Of a stretch of DNA of 64,000 bases, positions 11,921 to 24,713 are shown in pieces (the stretch's first letter is position 1; each line of letters begins with the position of its first letter). The stretch is from the NCBI RefSeq assembly GCF_058153355.1, contig NZ_CM177019.1; one strand, 5' to 3'. The notes under the pieces were generated by a model. It saw only the letters and a program-made list of their open reading frames with translations. It had not been told where the DNA came from and did not search any database. Position numbers and translations under genes: made by a program.

Positions 11921-13141
11921 ATGTCTATTTATAAAATCCCTCTTCCGCTGAATATTTTAGAAGCTGCACAGGAACGTATTACCTGGACACTTAACACCTT
12001 GCCCCGTGTTTGCGTTTCTTTTTCGGGGGGTAAAGATTCCGGATTAATGCTGCATCTTACCGCCGAACTTGCCAGAAAATTGGGAAAAAAAATCTGCGTT
12101 TTGTTTATCGACTGGGAAGCACAGTTCTCTTGTACCATCGACTATGTACAGTCGTTACGCGAGTTGTATACCGACGTTATTGAAGAGTTTTACTGGGTAG
12201 CACTCCCACTCAAGACGCAAAATTCCCTTTCACAATACCAACCAGAATGGCAGTGCTGGGAATCTGATGTCGAATGGGTGCGTCAGCCCCCGCAAGAAGC
12301 GATAACCGATCCTGACTTTTTCTCCTTTTACCAGCCAGGCATGACCTTCGAACAATTTGTACGTGAGTTTGCCGAATGGTTTTCACAAAAACGTCCGGCG
12401 GCGATGATGATCGGCATCCGTGCGGATGAGTCCTACAACCGTTTTGTCGCCATCGCCAGTTTAAGTAAACAACGTTTTGCCGATGATAAGCCCTGGACCA
12501 CAGCCGCACCAGGCGGTCACAGCTGGTACATTTACCCCATCTACGACTGGAAAGTAGCTGATATCTGGACCTGGTATGCTAATCATAAAACCCTATGTAA
12601 CCCATTGTATAATATCATGTATCAGGCAGGCGTCCCCCTGCGTCATATGCGAATTTGCGAACCTTTTGGCCCGGAGCAACGGCAAGGATTATGGCTCTAT
12701 CACGTTATCGAACCAGATCGCTGGGCGGCTATGTGCGCACGAGTTAGCGGGGTAAAAAGTGGCGGCATTTACGCCGGACATGACAATCATTTTTATGGTC
12801 ATCGGAAAATCCTCAAACCAGAGCATTTAGACTGGCAAGAGTATGCATTATTGCTGCTTGATAGCATGCCGGAGAAAACGGCTGAGCATTACCGCAACAA
12901 AATTGCCATTTACTTGCATTGGTATCAGAAAAAAGGTGTCGAGGTGCCACAGACCCAGCACGGGGACATTGGCGCGAAAGATATCCCCTCCTGGCGGCGA
13001 ATTTGCAAGGTGTTACTGAATAACGATTACTGGTGTCGGGCATTATCATTTAGCCCAACCAAAGCGAAGAATTATCAGCGTTATAACGAACGGATAAAAG
13101 TAAAACGTCAGGAGTGGAGAATACTATGCAACAACAATTAA
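11921..13141 (+). CDS. ybdN: PAPS-reductase-like PP-loop ATP pyrophosphatase family protein (IbrA paralogue)
   Basis: 406-aa ORF with PP-loop motif SFSGGKDS at about nt 12017-12040; matches YbdN. Confidence 0.85.
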   Translation: MSIYKIPLPLNILEAAQERITWTLNTLPRVCVSFSGGKDSGLMLHLTAELARKLGKKICVLFIDWEAQFSCTIDYVQSLRELYTDVIEEFYWVALPLKTQNSLSQYQPEWQCWESDVEWVRQPPQEAITDPDFFSFYQPGMTFEQFVREFAEWFSQKRPAAMMIGIRADESYNRFVAIASLSKQRFADDKPWTTAAPGGHSWYIYPIYDWKVADIWTWYANHKTLCNPLYNIMYQAGVPLRHMRICEPFGPEQRQGLWLYHVIEPDRWAAMCARVSGVKSGGIYAGHDNHFYGHRKILKPEHLDWQEYALLLLDSMPEKTAEHYRNKIAIYLHWYQKKGVEVPQTQHGDIGAKDIPSWRRICKVLLNNDYWCRALSFSPTKAKNYQRYNERIKVKRQEWRILCNNN

Positions 13142-13743
13142 CGCAGGATTTAACCCAATTTCTCGCCAGCTTGCCGGAAGACGATCGCATCAAAGCGATT
13201 AACGAAATCCGCCTGGCGATCCATCAGGTTAGCCCCTTTCGTGAAGAGCCAGTAGATTGTGTTCTGTGGGTTAAAAACAGCCAACTTATGCCAAATGATT
13301 ACAACCCAAACAATGTGGCACCGCCCGAGAAAAAACTGTTACAAAAATCCATTGAGATAGATGGTTTTACCCAACCTATTGTGGTCACGCACACAGATAA
13401 AAATGCTCTGGAAATCGTGGATGGCTTTCACCGTCATGAAATTGGTAAAGGCTCTAACACTTTAAAAATGCGATTAAAAGGATATTTACCGGTCACCTGT
13501 CTGGAAGGAACACGTAACGAACGCATCGCCGCGACTATTCGTCATAACCGCGCTCGTGGACGCCACCAAATCACAGCCATGTCAGAAATCGTTCGTGAAC
13601 TCAGCCAGTTAGGATGGGACGACAATAAAATCGGCAAAGAGCTGGGTATGGACAGCGACGAAGTGTTGCGCCTGAAACAAATTAACGGCCTGCAAGAGTT
13701 ATTTGCTGACCGTCAATATTCCCGCGCCTGGACAGTAAAATAA
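13114..13743 (+). CDS. ybdM: ParB/Srx-like nuclease-domain protein (IbrB paralogue)
   Basis: 209-aa ORF overlapping the ybdN 3' end; DGFHR motif (ParB/DndB-like DGxHR) at nt 13420-13434. Confidence 0.85.
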   Translation: MENTMQQQLTQDLTQFLASLPEDDRIKAINEIRLAIHQVSPFREEPVDCVLWVKNSQLMPNDYNPNNVAPPEKKLLQKSIEIDGFTQPIVVTHTDKNALEIVDGFHRHEIGKGSNTLKMRLKGYLPVTCLEGTRNERIAATIRHNRARGRHQITAMSEIVRELSQLGWDDNKIGKELGMDSDEVLRLKQINGLQELFADRQYSRAWTVK

Positions 13744-14904
13744 TTACAGCTGGCGCAGGCGTTCAGCTGCCGCCAGCAACGTCGATTCCTTCTTGGCAAA
13801 ACAGAGACGAATGAGCTTATGGGGGAAGGGATCGGCGCAAAATACCGACAGCGGGATCGCCGCCACGCCATGCTCCCGCGTCAGCCTCTGGCAAAACTCA
13901 ACGTCATCCAGCGAAGAAACCGCGCTGTAATCCACCAGCAAAAAGTAAGTGCCTTCGCACGGTAAAATCTCCAGCCGACTCTCACTTAAGGCGTTCACCA
14001 GAATATCGCGCTTCTGGCGATAAAAGTCCGGTAACGCAAGATAGTGTTCAGGTTCTGCTCGCAGCATATCGGCAAGGGCCAGCTGCGCCGGGGTATTCAC
14101 CGAAAAAGTCAGATACTGATGCACTTTGCGGATCTCGGCGCTGATGGGCGCAGGCGCAACGCAATAGCCCACTTTCCAGCCGGTCATATGATAGGTCTTG
14201 CCAAACGATGACACCGCCACCGCCCGCTCACGCAGTTGCGGATGCGCCAGCACACTGGCATGGCCCTGCTGTGAAAAGTTGATATGCTCGTAAACTTCAT
14301 CGCTAATGACAAAAATCTCGTGCCCGGCAATTGCCTGCCACAAAGCGGAAAAATCAGTCTGCTGCCAGACAGTAGCACTGGGGTTATGCGGGGTGTTAAG
14401 GATCACCAGTCGGGTGCGCTCGCTTAACAATGCGGCAAATTCCTGCCAGTCCACGCGAAAATGCGGTGGTTGCAGTGCAATACGTTTCACTATTCCACCC
14501 GCAAGCGTGATGGCGGGGGCGTAACTGTCATAGCTGGGATCAAAGCAAATCACTTCATCGCCATTGCGCACCAATGCAGTAATCGCTGCGTACAGCGCTT
14601 CCGTCGCCCCTGCTGTTACGGTGATATCGCTGTCGGCATCTGGTTGATAGCCATACAGCCGTTCCGTTTTCTGAGCAATCGCCTCGCGCAAGGCCTGCAC
14701 GCCAGTCATAGGCGCGTATTGGTTTGCTCCCTGGGCAACGTGGTACGCCAGCCGTTCCTGCAAATAGCGCGGACCATCAAAATCAGGAAAGCCTTGTGAC
14801 AGGTTAATCGCCTGGTGTTGCTGCGCCAGTGCGCTCATCTGGGTGAAAATAGTGGTGCCAAGTTGTGGAAGTTTGCTTTGTGGAATCAGAGGGTTATTTG
14901 TCAT
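13744..14904 (-). CDS. ybdL: Methionine aminotransferase (PLP-dependent, class I)
   Basis: ORF 13744..14922; YbdL recognised from MTNNPLIPQSKLPQLGTTIF; PLP lysine context SSFGKTYHMTGWKVGY. Confidence 0.85.
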   Translation of the reverse strand: MTNNPLIPQSKLPQLGTTIFTQMSALAQQHQAINLSQGFPDFDGPRYLQERLAYHVAQGANQYAPMTGVQALREAIAQKTERLYGYQPDADSDITVTAGATEALYAAITALVRNGDEVICFDPSYDSYAPAITLAGGIVKRIALQPPHFRVDWQEFAALLSERTRLVILNTPHNPSATVWQQTDFSALWQAIAGHEIFVISDEVYEHINFSQQGHASVLAHPQLRERAVAVSSFGKTYHMTGWKVGYCVAPAPISAEIRKVHQYLTFSVNTPAQLALADMLRAEPEHYLALPDFYRQKRDILVNALSESRLEILPCEGTYFLLVDYSAVSSLDDVEFCQRLTREHGVAAIPLSVFCADPFPHKLIRLCFAKKESTLLAAAERLRQL

Positions 14905-15012
14905 TTTTATTGTGCCTGACAAAGTTGCGTGTTGAAGCCACTATAACACGATGCTAGTATTTGGCAATCAAGACGTTTAGATGTCTAAATAAAACAATAA
15001 GGACAACACAAC

Positions 15013-16101
15013 ATGCCTCACAATCCTATCCGCGTCGTCGTTGGCCCTGCTAACTACTTTTCTCATCCCGGCAGTCTCAATCACCTGCATGATTTTTTCA
15101 CTGATGAACAACTTTCTCGCGCAGTGTGGATCTACGGTGAACGTGCACTTGCCGCGGCGCAAACCAAACTTCCATCGGCGTTTGAACTGCCAGGAGCAAA
15201 GCATATTTTGTTTCGCGGTCATTGCAGTGAAAGCGATGTGCAACAACTGGCGGCTGAGTCCGGTGACGATCGCAGCGTAGTGATTGGCGTCGGCGGCGGC
15301 GCACTGCTCGACACCGCGAAAGCCCTCGCCCGCCGTCTCGGTCTGCCGTTTGTTGCCGTTCCAACGATTGCCGCTACTTGCGCTGCCTGGACACCGCTCT
15401 CCGTCTGGTATAACGATGCCGGACAGGCGCTACATTATGAGATTTTCGACGACGCCAATTTTATGGTGCTGGTGGAACCGGAGATTATCCTCAATGCGCC
15501 GCAAGAATATCTGCTGGCGGGAATCGGTGACACGCTGGCGAAATGGTATGAAGCGGTGGTGCTGGCCCCACAACCAGAAACGTTGCCGCTAACCGTACGG
15601 CTGGGGATTAATAATGCGCAGGTCATTCGCGACGTCTTGTTAAACAGTAGCGAACAGGCGCTTGCCGATCAGCAAAATCAGCAGTTAACGCAATCATTTT
15701 GCGATGTGGTCGATGCGATTATCGCCGGAGGCGGAATGGTCGGTGGTCTGGGCGATCGTTTTACGCGTGTGGCGGCGGCCCATGCCGTGCATAACGGTCT
15801 GACCGTTTTGCCGCAAACCGAGAAGTTTCTCCACGGCACCAAAGTCGCCTACGGAATTCTGGTGCAAAGCGCCTTGCTGGGTCAGGATGATGTGCTGGCG
15901 CAATTAACCGGGGCGTATCAGCGTTTTCATCTGCCGACCACGCTGGCGGAGCTGGAAGTGGATATCAATAATCAGGCAGAGATCGACAAAGTGATTGCGC
16001 ACACCTTGCGTCCGGTGGAATCCATTCATTATCTGCCAGTCACGCTGACACCAGATACTTTGCGTGCAGCGTTCGAAAAAGTGGAATCGTTTAAAGCCTG
16101 A
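15013..16101 (+). CDS. hcxA: Iron-containing alcohol / hydroxycarboxylate dehydrogenase
   Basis: 362-aa ORF, glycerol-dehydrogenase-like fold (GVGGGALLDTAKA); position matches ybdH (hcxA). Confidence 0.8.
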   Translation: MPHNPIRVVVGPANYFSHPGSLNHLHDFFTDEQLSRAVWIYGERALAAAQTKLPSAFELPGAKHILFRGHCSESDVQQLAAESGDDRSVVIGVGGGALLDTAKALARRLGLPFVAVPTIAATCAAWTPLSVWYNDAGQALHYEIFDDANFMVLVEPEIILNAPQEYLLAGIGDTLAKWYEAVVLAPQPETLPLTVRLGINNAQVIRDVLLNSSEQALADQQNQQLTQSFCDVVDAIIAGGGMVGGLGDRFTRVAAAHAVHNGLTVLPQTEKFLHGTKVAYGILVQSALLGQDDVLAQLTGAYQRFHLPTTLAELEVDINNQAEIDKVIAHTLRPVESIHYLPVTLTPDTLRAAFEKVESFKA

Positions 16102-16110
16102 CGTACAAAT

Positions 16111-16308
16111 TTAGCAGCAGCGCGCGCCGCCTTTTCCACCGTAGCGCGCGTCCTGCCGCTCACGGAAAAACTCCTCGTAGGTCATCGGCGTTTGATCGGG
16201 ATGGTTAACCCGCATATGTTCGACATAGTTGTCGTAATCAGGCATACCAATCATCAGCTTCGCCGCCTGACCTAAATATTTTCCGGCTTTTGCCAGTGAA
16301 TCAAACAT
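16111..16308 (-). CDS. ybdD: Small DUF466 protein co-transcribed with cstA
   Basis: 65-aa [36 protein letters not shown]... immediately downstream of cstA on the same strand. Confidence 0.75.
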   Translation of the reverse strand: MFDSLAKAGKYLGQAAKLMIGMPDYDNYVEHMRVNHPDQTPMTYEEFFRERQDARYGGKGGARCC

Positions 16309-16450
16309 CAATACCTCCGGTAATCAGGTTGCTGAGAGAGTGCATTAATAGCTATCAACGCGCTCGGTCAGTCCCCTCGCCCCACCGGGGAGAGGGTTAG
16401 GGTGAGGGGGAACCCTAGGCACTACGCCAACATCCCCCCTCACTCTGACT

Positions 16451-18556
16451 TTAGTGCGCGCCTTTCGCCTGCGCCACGATCTCCTCGACATTTTCCGGCA
16501 TTGGCTCATACGGCGTTTCTTTCGCCGTTGGCTTCGGATCTTTCAATGCTGCCAGTGCCGTCTTAATCGAGAACAGCGCCAGAACCACCACAACCACCAT
16601 AAAGAAGATGGTTAATCCGGCATCCAGACGGTTGTTGAACACCAGTTGCGCCAGTTGTGACTCAGTATACTGCGACGGAATATTGCCGCTGTCGATCATT
16701 GCCTGGAACTTGTTAGCAATCGCCAGAAAACCGACTTTCGCATCCGGGCTAAACGCTTTCTGCCAGCCTGCGGTCAGGGTACAAATCAGTAGCCAGGCCG
16801 TTGGTACCAGCGCCACCCAGGCGTAACGTTGACGTTTCATTTTGAACAGCACCACAGCACAAAGCATCAGCGCCATCCCTGCCAACATCTGGTTGGCAAT
16901 ACCAAACAGTGGCCACAGAGTGTTAATACCGCCCAGCGGATCGACCACGCCCTGATGCAGAAAGTAACCCCAAGCCAGCACGCACAGCGCCGTTGCCAGC
17001 AGGTTAGCAGGCAGTGAATCAGTCCGTTTCAGGCCCGGAGAAACCACGCCCAGCAGATCCTGCAACATAAAGCGCGCAGCACGCGTACCCGCATCCACCG
17101 CCGTCAGAATAAACAGTGCTTCAAACAGAATGGCGAAGTGATACCAGAACGCCACATCCATCATGCCACCCAGCGCGCCGTGCAGAATGTAGGCCATCCC
17201 CACCGCCAGGGTCGGCGCACCGCCCGCACGGGAAATGATCGACTGTTCACCCACTTCGCTGGCAATCTGATTTAACGTATCTGGCGTAATGCTAAAGCCC
17301 CAGCTACTCACTACCTGCGCAGCAGATGCCACTACATCCGCCGTCCCCGCCGGAGCCAGCACCGCCATCGGGCTGTTCATCGCGAAGTACACGCCCGGAT
17401 CGATGATACAGGCAGAAACCAGTGCCATAATCGCCACGAAGGATTCCATCAACATCCCGCCGTAGCCGATAAAGCACGCCTGACCTTCGTTCGCCAGCAT
17501 CTTCGGTGTGGTGCCGGAAGAGATCAGCGCATGGAAGCCAGACACCGCGCCACAGGCGATAGTAATAAACAGGAACGGGAACAGATTACCGGTCCATACC
17601 GGACCAGTGCCATCTACAAATTTGGTCAGCGCAGGCATGGTCAGCGTCGGACGCATAATCAAAATGCCTACCGCCAGACCGACGATAGTCCCGATTTTCA
17701 GGAAGGTAGAGAGGTAGTCACGCGGAGCCAGCAGCAACCACACCGGCAGAACCGCCGCCACAAAACCGTAACCCACCAGCATCCAGGTCAGCTGCACGCC
17801 GGTAAAGTCAAAGTACGGTGCCCAGGTCGGGCTTTCTGCCACCCAGCCGCCAGAGATAATGGCGAAAATAAGGAATACCAGGCCAATCACCGACACTTCC
17901 CCAATGCGGCCCGGACGCAGATAGCGCAGGTAAATCCCCATGAACAGCGCCAGCGGAATGGTGAACGCAACGGTATACGTTCCCCACGGGCTATGAGTCA
18001 GGGCTTTCACCACGATCATCGCCAGTACTGCAAGGATAATGACCATGATCATAAAGCAGGCCACCAGCGCAATCACCCCGGCGGTTGGCCCCATCTCTTC
18101 TTTAACCAGCTCGCCCAGCGAGCGACCGTCACGGCGCGTGGAAACAAACAGCACCATGAAATCCTGCACCGCACCGGCGAGAACCACTCCGGCAAGTAGC
18201 CAGATCATCCCCGGTAGGTAGCCCATTTGCGCTGCCAGTACCGGCCCCACCAACGGGCCTGCTCCGGCAATAGCCGCAAAATGGTGACCGAACAGCACTT
18301 TCTTGTCCGTCGGCACATAGTCCAGCCCGTCGTTATGGCGCACCGCTGGCGTCATACGCGTCGGGTCAACCGCCAATACATTTTTGGCGATATAAAGACC
18401 ATAAAAACGGTAAGCGATCAGATAGATACAGACCGACGCCACCACAATCCACAGCGCGTTGATCTGTTCCCCACGATTTAAAGCAATGTATCCCAGAGCA
18501 AATGCTCCCATTACAGAGAGCACTGTCCAGACGAGGTATTTCCCTGATTTGTTCAT
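16451..18556 (-). CDS. cstA: Carbon starvation protein A (peptide/pyruvate transporter family)
   Basis: 701-aa polytopic membrane protein; matches CstA; located between ybdD and entH as in K-12. Confidence 0.9.
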   Translation of the reverse strand: MNKSGKYLVWTVLSVMGAFALGYIALNRGEQINALWIVVASVCIYLIAYRFYGLYIAKNVLAVDPTRMTPAVRHNDGLDYVPTDKKVLFGHHFAAIAGAGPLVGPVLAAQMGYLPGMIWLLAGVVLAGAVQDFMVLFVSTRRDGRSLGELVKEEMGPTAGVIALVACFMIMVIILAVLAMIVVKALTHSPWGTYTVAFTIPLALFMGIYLRYLRPGRIGEVSVIGLVFLIFAIISGGWVAESPTWAPYFDFTGVQLTWMLVGYGFVAAVLPVWLLLAPRDYLSTFLKIGTIVGLAVGILIMRPTLTMPALTKFVDGTGPVWTGNLFPFLFITIACGAVSGFHALISSGTTPKMLANEGQACFIGYGGMLMESFVAIMALVSACIIDPGVYFAMNSPMAVLAPAGTADVVASAAQVVSSWGFSITPDTLNQIASEVGEQSIISRAGGAPTLAVGMAYILHGALGGMMDVAFWYHFAILFEALFILTAVDAGTRAARFMLQDLLGVVSPGLKRTDSLPANLLATALCVLAWGYFLHQGVVDPLGGINTLWPLFGIANQMLAGMALMLCAVVLFKMKRQRYAWVALVPTAWLLICTLTAGWQKAFSPDAKVGFLAIANKFQAMIDSGNIPSQYTESQLAQLVFNNRLDAGLTIFFMVVVVVLALFSIKTALAALKDPKPTAKETPYEPMPENVEEIVAQAKGAH

Positions 18557-18736
18557 AGTTGTTATCCGTGTGCGTGTCCATAGAGATGTTACATTTTGTT
18601 TCTATAACATCTTTGTGCAATTTAACAACACGGCAACTATGTAAATCGGAGTTGAAACCAATATTTAACTTAACAATGTTAACTTGATCACTTCGTTAAC
18701 TGAGTTTTCCTGCAATCTCATTTAATTCTGTCGGGT

Positions 18737-19898
<1,162 letters not shown>

Positions 19899-19899
<1 letters not shown>

Positions 19900-20756
19900 C
19901 ATTTCACCTCGCGGGAGAGTAGCTTCCACCAGGCATCGATGGTCGGATTTTTCGCCAGCATGACAAAATCGATATCGCCATGCACTTTGCGCCAGCGCGC
20001 CGCCAGCGCCATCATGCGCACCGAATCCAGACCGTAATCAATTAGGTTGTCGTCATCGAACGGCTCATCGGACTCGTCCAGCAACGGCAGGATCACCTCT
20101 CGCAGCGCCGCTTTAGTTGAAGGGATCGGTGCAGGTAATAGTTCTTCGGTCATCACCACCCGGCCAGAGCGCCCGGCTACATATTTCAGCGACATCAAAT
20201 GCTCGTCACGACTGAAATCGGCCAGCGCATCCGCCACCATAAACGGTTTAATATCGCGCATAAATGCGTCGGTTGCGGTGGTCATACAGCCAATGTGGGC
20301 GTATACCCCGGTAATAATCAACTGGTTACGTCCACTCTCTTTGAGCATTTGCTCCAGCGGAGAACGATGAAACGCGCTGTAGCGCCACTTCACCAACACC
20401 GTGTCGTCGGCATCTGGCGTCAGGCGATCCACCACCTTTTGCTGTTCCGGCGAACGGGTCAGGCCCGGTCCCCACATATCATTCAACAGCGCCCGATCTT
20501 CATCGCTCTGCTCTTTCGGCTGGGCGGTGTAATAAACCGGGATATTGTGCTGTTTGCAGTAGTCGCGTAGTGCCGCAATATTCGCGATCACCTGCTCCAT
20601 CATCGGACAGTTCTCGCCCCAGAAGCTGACAAAATAGTCCTGCATATCATGGATTAACAACGCGGCACGTTGCGGCTCAAAGGCCCAGTTGACTTTATTG
20701 TGCGGAATATCGTGAGACTCCGGCAGTGCGTAAGCCTGTAATTTTGGAATAGCCAT
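19899..20756 (-). CDS. entB: Isochorismatase / aryl carrier protein
   Basis: 285-aa ORF MAIPKLQAYALPESHDIP...; C-terminal carrier-domain serine context YGLDSVRMM. Confidence 0.9.
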
Positions 20757-20769
20757 CGTGTTCTCTCCT

Positions 20770-22380
20770 TCAGGCTGATGCGCGTGACGCCAGCCACTGA
20801 CGTAATTGTTTTTTATCGACTTTCCCGACCGCCGTCAGCGGAAGTGAATCTACACACTCCACGCGATCCGGTAATTTAAATTCGGCAATACCCTGTTCAC
20901 GCAGGAAACGACGCACCTGTACCGCACGCAGTGGTTCTTTTACCACCAGATAAGCACAGCTTTTTTCGCCCATCAGCTCATCTTCCATACTCACCAGTGC
21001 GGCGTAGATCACCGCCGGATGGCGCAGCAACAGGTTTTCGATCTCTTCGGCAGCGATCTTCTCGCCGCCACGGTTGATCTGATCTTTCTCGCGCCCCTGC
21101 ACGGTGATGTACCCCTCTGGATCAATAGAGATCAGATCGCCGGAACAGTAAAAACCGTTGGCATCAAAGGCGCTGGCATTGTGCTGTGGACTTTTGTAAT
21201 AGCCGCGGAAGGTGTACGGCCCGCGCGTCATCAGGCGTCCAACTTCCCCTTGCGGCAGTGGATTTCCGTCAGCATCGGCAACCCACACTTCATCATCCGG
21301 ACACATTGGATAGCCCTGGGTATGGATAATTTTCTCCGCGCTATCATCAAGACGGGTGTAGTTCACCAGCCCTTCCGCCATGCCGAATACCTGCTGTAAC
21401 TGGCAGCCAATCTCTGCGGGAATACGCGCCGCAAGCGTGGCAGAAAGACGTGCGCCACCGACCTGTAACAGTTTCAGCGAGGCAAGCTGCGCCCGGCTTT
21501 CACCTTCGGTCAGCGCCTGTAACCACAGGCTGACTGCTGGTGGCACCAGCGCAGTGACGTTCACCTGATGTTTTGCAATCAATGGGAAGCAGAGCGTGGC
21601 GCTAGGGTCGGCAGCCAGAACGACCGTGCCGCCAGCGAGAAATACCCCCAGCGATCCTGGTGAACTCATGGCGTAGTTGTGAGCCGCAGGAATCGCGCAC
21701 AGGTAGCGTGTCTGTTGCGTGAACTGACAAATCTCGACGCTACGACGTACGCTGTAGTAATAGTCATTGTGAGTGCGTGGGATCAGTTTCGGTGTACCGG
21801 TGGTTCCGCCGGAAAGCTGAAAATAGGCCACTTCATCGGCAGGTGACGGTGTGGCAATAAAATTCTCTGCCGGATGGTTAATCGCATCCTGCAAGTTATG
21901 TTCGCCGCTATCGTTCAGCAGTTGCACCACGCGAATGGAGGAGTGCTCTGCAACAAACGTATTAAGGAAGTCATCCCCGCTAAATAGCGCATGTTGGCGA
22001 TCGGCAATCAGTAACACCGGTTCAATCTGGTTGGCGTATGCATTCAGCTCACTACGCTGATGGCTGAACAGCGCCAGCACCGGCGCAACGCCCATTTTTA
22101 GCAGCGCGAAAAAGGTAATATACAATTCAGCGACGTTACCCAGTTGTACCAGTGCGGTTTCACCGGGTTTAATGCCCTGACGACGCAAGCTACAGGCGAG
22201 ATTATCCGCCGCCTGATTCAGTTCCCGGTAACTCAACTGACGCTCGCCGTCGATGACCGCGATGCTGTCGCTTGCGGCATGACGGGTCAGAATGTCGGTC
22301 AGCGGCAAATCCTGCCAGTAGCCTTTTTCCCGATAGCGACGGGCAAACTCTTCCGGCCAGCGGGTGAATGGAATGCTCAT
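20770..22380 (-). CDS. entE: 2,3-dihydroxybenzoate-AMP ligase
   Basis: 536-aa adenylate-forming enzyme (SGGTTGTPK motif); matches EntE. Confidence 0.9.
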   Translation of the reverse strand: MSIPFTRWPEEFARRYREKGYWQDLPLTDILTRHAASDSIAVIDGERQLSYRELNQAADNLACSLRRQGIKPGETALVQLGNVAELYITFFALLKMGVAPVLALFSHQRSELNAYANQIEPVLLIADRQHALFSGDDFLNTFVAEHSSIRVVQLLNDSGEHNLQDAINHPAENFIATPSPADEVAYFQLSGGTTGTPKLIPRTHNDYYYSVRRSVEICQFTQQTRYLCAIPAAHNYAMSSPGSLGVFLAGGTVVLAADPSATLCFPLIAKHQVNVTALVPPAVSLWLQALTEGESRAQLASLKLLQVGGARLSATLAARIPAEIGCQLQQVFGMAEGLVNYTRLDDSAEKIIHTQGYPMCPDDEVWVADADGNPLPQGEVGRLMTRGPYTFRGYYKSPQHNASAFDANGFYCSGDLISIDPEGYITVQGREKDQINRGGEKIAAEEIENLLLRHPAVIYAALVSMEDELMGEKSCAYLVVKEPLRAVQVRRFLREQGIAEFKLPDRVECVDSLPLTAVGKVDKKQLRQWLASRASA

Positions 22381-22389
22381 CCTCGCTCC

Positions 22390-23565
<1,176 letters not shown>

Positions 23566-23594
23566 ATCATCCTCCACAAAATGATAAAGGCTTT

Positions 23595-23613
23595 AATAAT
23601 GATTATCATTTAT
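23595..23613. promoter_or_regulatory. Fur box in the divergent entC / fepB promoter
   Basis: aataatgattatcattt closely matches the Fur consensus GATAATGATAATCATTATC. Confidence 0.8.
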
Positions 23614-23753
23614 ATTTTCGGTCGCTAACCTAAAAGCAAACGAGCACTATGTCAACTCTTGAGGTAACGCAATCTGCAAGTCGGGGTTGCATCTGCTTGT
23701 GGTTACAATGAAAATGAGAAGCATTAACTTCATTAATAACAGGAAGCTGATTT

Positions 23754-24710
23754 GTGAGACTCGCCCCGCTCTACCGCAACGCCCTTCTTTTAGCAGGACT
23801 TTTGCTTTCAGGAATATCCGCAGTTCAGGCTGCCGACTGGCCGCGTCAGATTACTGACAGTCGTGGTACTCATACCCTGGAAAGCCAGCCGCAACGTATT
23901 GTTTCTACCAGCGTCACCCTGACCGGCTCACTGCTGGCGATTGATGCACCAGTGATCGCCAGCGGCGCGACCACGCCGAATAACCGCGTAGCGGATGACC
24001 AGGGTTTTTTACGCCAGTGGAGCAAGGTAGCGAAAGAACGCAAACTGCAACGCCTCTATATCGGCGAACCGAACGCCGAAGCAGTAGCGGCACAAATGCC
24101 AGATCTGATTTTAATTAGCGCGACCGGCGGCGATTCAGCGCTGGCGCTATACGATCAGCTTTCCACTATCGCACCAACGTTAATCATCAATTACGACGAT
24201 AAAAGCTGGCAGTCGCTGTTAACGCAACTTGGCGAAATTACCGGGCATGAGAAACAAGCGGCAGAGCGGATTGCACAGTTTGATAAGCAACTGACGGCGG
24301 CGAAAGAGCAAATCAAATTACCGCCGCAGCCGGTCACTGCCATTGTCTATACCGCCGCCGCGCACAGTGCCAATCTCTGGACAGCTGAATCAGCACAAGG
24401 GCAGATGCTGGAACAACTCGGCTTTACGCTGGCCAGGTTGCCCGCAGGCTTAAACGCCAGCCAAAGCCAGGGCAAACGCCATGACATCATTCAGCTTGGT
24501 GGGGAAAATCTGGCGGCAGGGTTAAATGGCAAGTCGCTATTCCTGTTCGCCGGTGATCAGAAAGACGCCGATGCGATTTATGCCAATCCACTGCTCGCGC
24601 ACCTGCCTGCAGTACAAAACAAGCAGGTTTATGCGCTGGGAACCGAGACGTTCCGACTGGATTACTACAGCGCCATGCAAGTGCTGGATCGGCTTAAGGC
24701 GCTGTTCTAA
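23754..24710 (+). CDS. fepB: Periplasmic ferric-enterobactin binding protein
   Basis: 318-aa ORF with signal peptide; matches FepB. Confidence 0.9.
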   Translation: MRLAPLYRNALLLAGLLLSGISAVQAADWPRQITDSRGTHTLESQPQRIVSTSVTLTGSLLAIDAPVIASGATTPNNRVADDQGFLRQWSKVAKERKLQRLYIGEPNAEAVAAQMPDLILISATGGDSALALYDQLSTIAPTLIINYDDKSWQSLLTQLGEITGHEKQAAERIAQFDKQLTAAKEQIKLPPQPVTAIVYTAAAHSANLWTAESAQGQMLEQLGFTLARLPAGLNASQSQGKRHDIIQLGGENLAAGLNGKSLFLFAGDQKDADAIYANPLLAHLPAVQNKQVYALGTETFRLDYYSAMQVLDRLKALF

Positions 24711-24713
24711 GCA

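Noticed and set aside
17531-18199. 222-aa Arg/His/Gln-rich ORF (+) inside cstA
   Set aside because: Antisense to cstA with a low-complexity composition typical of a GC-rich shadow frame.
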